Part shown: one piece after another, positions 60,611-64,000 of the stretch
Position numbering within the stretch: the first letter of the stretch is position 1
Layout: each line of letters begins with the position of its first letter
Assembly (NCBI GenBank): GCA_963705105.1
Contig: CAVPIW010000006.1
Span: forward strand, 704,001 to 768,000
Reading direction: 5' to 3'
Length of the DNA stretch: 64,000 nucleotides
Source: an uncultured Nitrospiraceae bacterium
Lineage (GTDB): Bacteria; Nitrospirota; Thermodesulfovibrionia; Thermodesulfovibrionales; Dissulfurispiraceae
Notes under the pieces: model-generated
The model's input: the letters and a program-made list of their open reading frames with translations, nothing else
Databases searched by the model: none
What the model was told of the DNA's origin: nothing
Translations under genes and position numbers: made by a program

Positions 60611-60967
60611 ATGGCAGTGAAGAAAGATGTCGAAAAGACGGTCAAGAAAGCCGTCAAGACGGTGAAGGCCGCCGAGAAGAAAATCGTTAAGAAGGCCGCA
60701 TCGTCGGCAAAGGCCATCGAGAAGAAGGTGACCAAAGGCGCCGAAGGTCTGGCTAAGGATGTCAAGAAGGGCGTCGCCAAGACTGCAAAACAAGTGGAGA
60801 AGAAGCTGACGAAGGGCGCCGCAAGTCTTGCGAAAGACGTCAAGAAAGGTGTCGCCAAGACCGCCAAAACCGTCGAAAAGAAAGTGGCCAAAACAGCCAA
60901 GACGGTCGAGAAAAAAGTTACCAAGCAGACGAAGGCCGCTGTCAAGGCCGTCAAGAAGTTGACGTAA
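60611..60967 (+). CDS. Lys/Ala/Val-rich basic repeat protein (histone H1-like or amphipathic helix)
   Basis: GGAGG RBS; duplicated AKDVKKGVAKTAK and VAKTAKTVEKK units. Confidence 0.75.
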   Translation: MAVKKDVEKTVKKAVKTVKAAEKKIVKKAASSAKAIEKKVTKGAEGLAKDVKKGVAKTAKQVEKKLTKGAASLAKDVKKGVAKTAKTVEKKVAKTAKTVEKKVTKQTKAAVKAVKKLT

Positions 60968-60992
60968 TCCACAGAAAAATTACCTTTCAGTG

Positions 60993-61038
60993 AAGGGGAG
61001 AAATGCGGCGACATGCCGGTTTCTCCCCTCCTTTGTTT
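60993..61038 (+). terminator. Rho-independent terminator
   Basis: GGGGAGAAA...TTTCTCCCC stem followed by TCCTTTGTTT. Confidence 0.55.
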
Positions 61039-61254
61039 GAAGCCATCCTTACTGCAGCCCCTCTCGCCATTGCGGTCCGTAACACCTCCAACTTCCTTGT
61101 TGTAATTTTTGTATTGAAGTATATACTTTGAGTATGGTATATAGGATTGCTTGACAGAGTCGCAGAGAGAACCGTCAGTCGATGTTCTTCATCGCGGTTT
61201 GAGGAATAAACACACCTTCTTTGAGGGTATGAAATAATAGGAAAAGGAGGGATT

Positions 61255-62559
61255 ATGAGGTACGGAAAGCTTCTGCTGATCCTTCTCTGCTGCATTGCGC
61301 TGCCGCTGACGGCATTCGCAGCGCAGCACGAAAAGGGGAAAGCAAAAACAATCGATGAGCTTGTGAAGATGTACGATTCCAGCTCCTGCAAAGACTGCCA
61401 TGCCGAGATCTACGAGCAGTGGGACAAGTCTCTTCATGCGCGGTCCATCTTCGGACCGAAAGAGGTGGGAAGAACGGCGGCCACCTTTAAGACGACCATC
61501 GAGAACGGCCTGAAAGACTGGCCCCACTCCGGCGTCAAGAAACCTGAGGATGTGGGGATCAGACATCTCGAACTCTGTTCCAAATGCCATCTTCCGCAAC
61601 TTTTAAACGCTGAGGAGAGCGTGGCAAAGGAGATCGTCAAGAACATTTACGCCTTCGCCGATCAGGGGGACGAGAAGGCGGCGGCGACGCTCCAGTCCCT
61701 GAACATCAACTGCGTCATCTGCCACAACACGTACGCCATCACCCACAAGTGGACGGACGGCCCTGCTGAAAAAGGTGTCGTGTACGGGAGCAAGGACGGG
61801 GATCATCCCGCCCCCGGCTTCCCCAAGATGAAGACGAGCAAGATCATGAAGGAGTCGATCCTCTGCGGCCAGTGCCACGGCATGGGACCGAACTTCGATC
61901 TTGCGAACCCCACGCAGTGCGCCACGCTCTATGGTTCGTACATGTTCGCCTATGTCCCGGAAGGCGGGAGCGCGACCTGCCAGGAGTGCCACTTCCACAA
62001 ATCGAAGCTCGGCCACAACCTCCAGAGCTACCGCTCACCCGAAATGGCAAAGATGGCCCTCGATATCCACGTCGATGCACAGGCCTACCAGTGGCGTGAC
62101 GTTGTGACGACGACGCCGGCGGCCAACATCATCGTCGAGATTCACAACAAGGCGGGCCATGCCATTCCCGACGGCTGACCGACGCCGAACCGAGTGGTCC
62201 TGTATGTGACCGCAAAAACGAAAGACGGAAAAGAGTTCTTCAAGACCGAAAAGATCTACATGCCCATCCCGCAGCAGTTCGGGCGGGGTGACAGAATGGG
62301 CCGTGGGCCCTATGAGAAGAGCGGCATGACCCGCGACACGAGCCTCCCGCCCCTGAGGACGACGAGGGAGCAGATCTACATCCCCGTCTACAAGGAAGAG
62401 ACGAAAGACGGCAAGATGACGAGGACGATCATTGCCAATGACTTCGATGTGGACGTCGAAGTCTGGTACCTGCCCTACGGGAAGAAGAACGACCCGGGCA
62501 ATGCACAGATGTGGTTCAAAGAGACCAAGAATCTGAGCATCGCCAAGGGCGGCAAATAA
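61255..62559 (+). CDS. Pentaheme c-type selenocytochrome, ExtKL-like, paralog 1
   Basis: Signal peptide; CKDCH, CSKCH, CVICH, CGQCH, CQECH; KAGHAIPDG-TGA(62176-78)-PTPNRVVL continues in frame to TAA 62559. Confidence 0.88.
62194..62213 (+). promoter_or_regulatory. Candidate SECIS hairpin
   Basis: GTGGTC-CTGTATGT-GACCGC starting 15 nt after the UGA. Confidence 0.6.
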
Positions 62560-62672
62560 CGTAGCAGCAGCAGTCGCCCCGAGGTTGAGCAACCGCCTCA
62601 GTGTACTGTGATGCCCCACGAACCGGGAGAGCACCGCGATGCTCTCCCGGTCCTCAAAACCCCGTAACTGAA

Positions 62673-62880
62673 CCTTATCGTTGCAACAGGACATCCGGAA
62701 AGGCGGGGCGAAGATGCCGAAAAGCCTTGGTGCTGCGAAACCTATGCCTTCCCACACGGATAATTTCAGGCTGATGGTTGATGACACAGAGGGTGGAATC
62801 TCAATGTCCAATTTCAAACGATCATGCTCGCTATCAGCAAGGCCTTGAGGCACTTTGTCCCGCCTTTTCATGCAACGACA
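62673..62880 (+). mobile_element. Diverged MITE copy between the two selenocytochrome genes
   Basis: CCTTATCGTTGCA..GAAAGGCGGGG...CCCGCCTTTTCATGCAAC. Confidence 0.75.
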
Positions 62881-62938
62881 GTGTAACACCTGCCCGCTGT
62901 CTTACAGCGACGGCGGGACACGACAAAAAGGGGATCCC

Positions 62939-64000
62939 ATGAGAAAGCTCTGTCTTTCCCTCTGCCTCATTCTGCTAATCATCCCTTGCGCCCTGAAAGC
63001 GGCTCCACAGATGGAGATGAAGCCGGCCGAAACCATCGACGAGCTGACGGCGAGGTTCAGCGACAGTCAGTGCAGAACCTGCCACGCCGCCATCTATGAT
63101 GAGTGGAAGGAATCGCTCCATTCCCAGGCCCTGATCCACTCTCTCGGCGGCATCAGGAATTTCATCGCCATCGGCATTCCCCAGGAGTGGCGCAGGGATG
63201 TCACGAAGTCGGACCTGATGAAGTGCTTCCACTGCCATGCGCCGCAGCTCTATGAAGCATCGGAGGCACTAGTCAAGAAGGTCGGGGACATGGTCGTCGG
63301 CGCCGTCGACGAGAAAGACCCTGTGAAGAAAGAAGGGTTCAGGAAAGAACTTGCACGACTGAACGTCAACTGTGTCGTCTGTCACAACACCGTCGTGCAC
63401 AGGCCGTCCATGGGGTGGTACGGCCCGCCTGAAAAAGGAGTAATTTACGGCACCAGGGGTGCGCAGGCGCCCCACAAGACCGCCCTCTCAGCAACCATGA
63501 AATCGTCCCTCTTCTGCGGACAGTGCCACGGCACCTACAACCCTCCCGACAGCGACACCGTTTTCTGCAACACCCTCCACGAGAGTTACCTCAACGCCTA
63601 TCTCCCGAACGGAGGCCAGAAGGTCTGCCAGGACTGCCACATGCGGGAAAAGAAAAGGGGACACCGGTTCCCGGGAGCCTATGAAGCGGACATCCTTCGT
63701 GACGGCCTCGACTTCGAGGCTGAAGTGACACGGTATAACCACATTGTGGGGAAGGAATGGAAGCCGCGGATCGTTGCAACGGTGAATATCTACAACAAGT
63801 CGGGGCACCGCACGCCCGACGGTTGAGCGTGGACATCGAAAGTGGTCCTGGACGTGACCGCGAAAAACCAGGGAGGAGAGAACATCTTCTCGGCACAGAG
63901 AGATTACATCCAGTACGGTCAGGATATCGACGGCGACCTCAGGTACGGCGCATGGCAGATCAAGAAGTTCTCGGATTTCACCCTGCAGCCCCTGCAGGTG
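62939..64000 (+). CDS. Pentaheme c-type selenocytochrome, ExtKL-like, paralog 2 (runs off window end)
   Basis: Signal peptide; CRTCH, CFHCH, CVVCH, CGQCH, CQDCH; KSGHRTPDG-TGA(63824-26)-AWTSKVVLDVTAK, open to 64000. Confidence 0.86.
63842..63861 (+). promoter_or_regulatory. Candidate SECIS hairpin
   Basis: GTGGTC-CTGGACGT-GACCGC starting 15 nt after the UGA, same stem as paralog 1. Confidence 0.6.

Noticed and set aside
62194..62559. Separate 121-aa gene (likewise 54503-54895)
   Set aside because: In frame with the upstream ORF, no RBS, and completes the upstream protein
2387..62880. Dispersed repeats as a CRISPR array or integron attC sites
   Set aside because: No regular repeat-spacer period, no cas or intI gene; terminal inverted repeats with 4-bp duplications fit transposition better
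54464..63826. Genome-wide UGA reassignment (Trp/Gly code) as the cause of in-frame TGAs
   Set aside because: TGA ends many ordinary genes here (e.g. 27327, 44979, 47587, 56967) and read-through cases fall at redox-type positions with downstream hairpins

Overview
Bacterial DNA of moderately high GC, most likely from an anaerobe that uses selenocysteine (Desulfobacterota/Nitrospirota-like gene content; taxonomy is inference). Three zones. (1) 1-13.7 kb, minus strand: a lipid/polyketide cluster with AsmA, a YghO-like GNAT, one large iterative type I PKS (ER-ER-KS-AT-ACP-KR-DH), a PPTase and an ABC-2 exporter; the GNAT-PKS-PPTase part is broken by many apparent +1 frameshifts. (2) 14.3-47.6 kb: a general-stress/trehalose-glycogen island headed by a PAS-domain sigma54 activator. 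A tandem-palindrome UAS plus -24/-12 promoter cassette occurs three times, each behind the activator gene or a remnant of it, upstream of partly duplicated small stress genes (CsbD, BON, lmo0937-like); the island also holds treZ/GH57/treY/treT, an ice-binding protein, FtsH, glgB and mgtA. (3) 47.9-64 kb: ECF sigma/anti-sigma, a secreted tetraheme cytochrome with about 14 Cys/Asp-rich repeats, and three genes split by an in-frame TGA that read as selenoproteins (a DsbA-like UPYC protein and two pentaheme ExtKL-like cytochromes sharing a SECIS-like hairpin). About 15 copies of a non-autonomous MITE family are dispersed through the window (CCTT...AAGG ends, 4-bp target duplications, swappable cargo, one nested insertion, one copy rewriting the treY C-terminus). 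I saw no rRNA, tRNA or CRISPR array. All family calls are by motif recognition, not database search.
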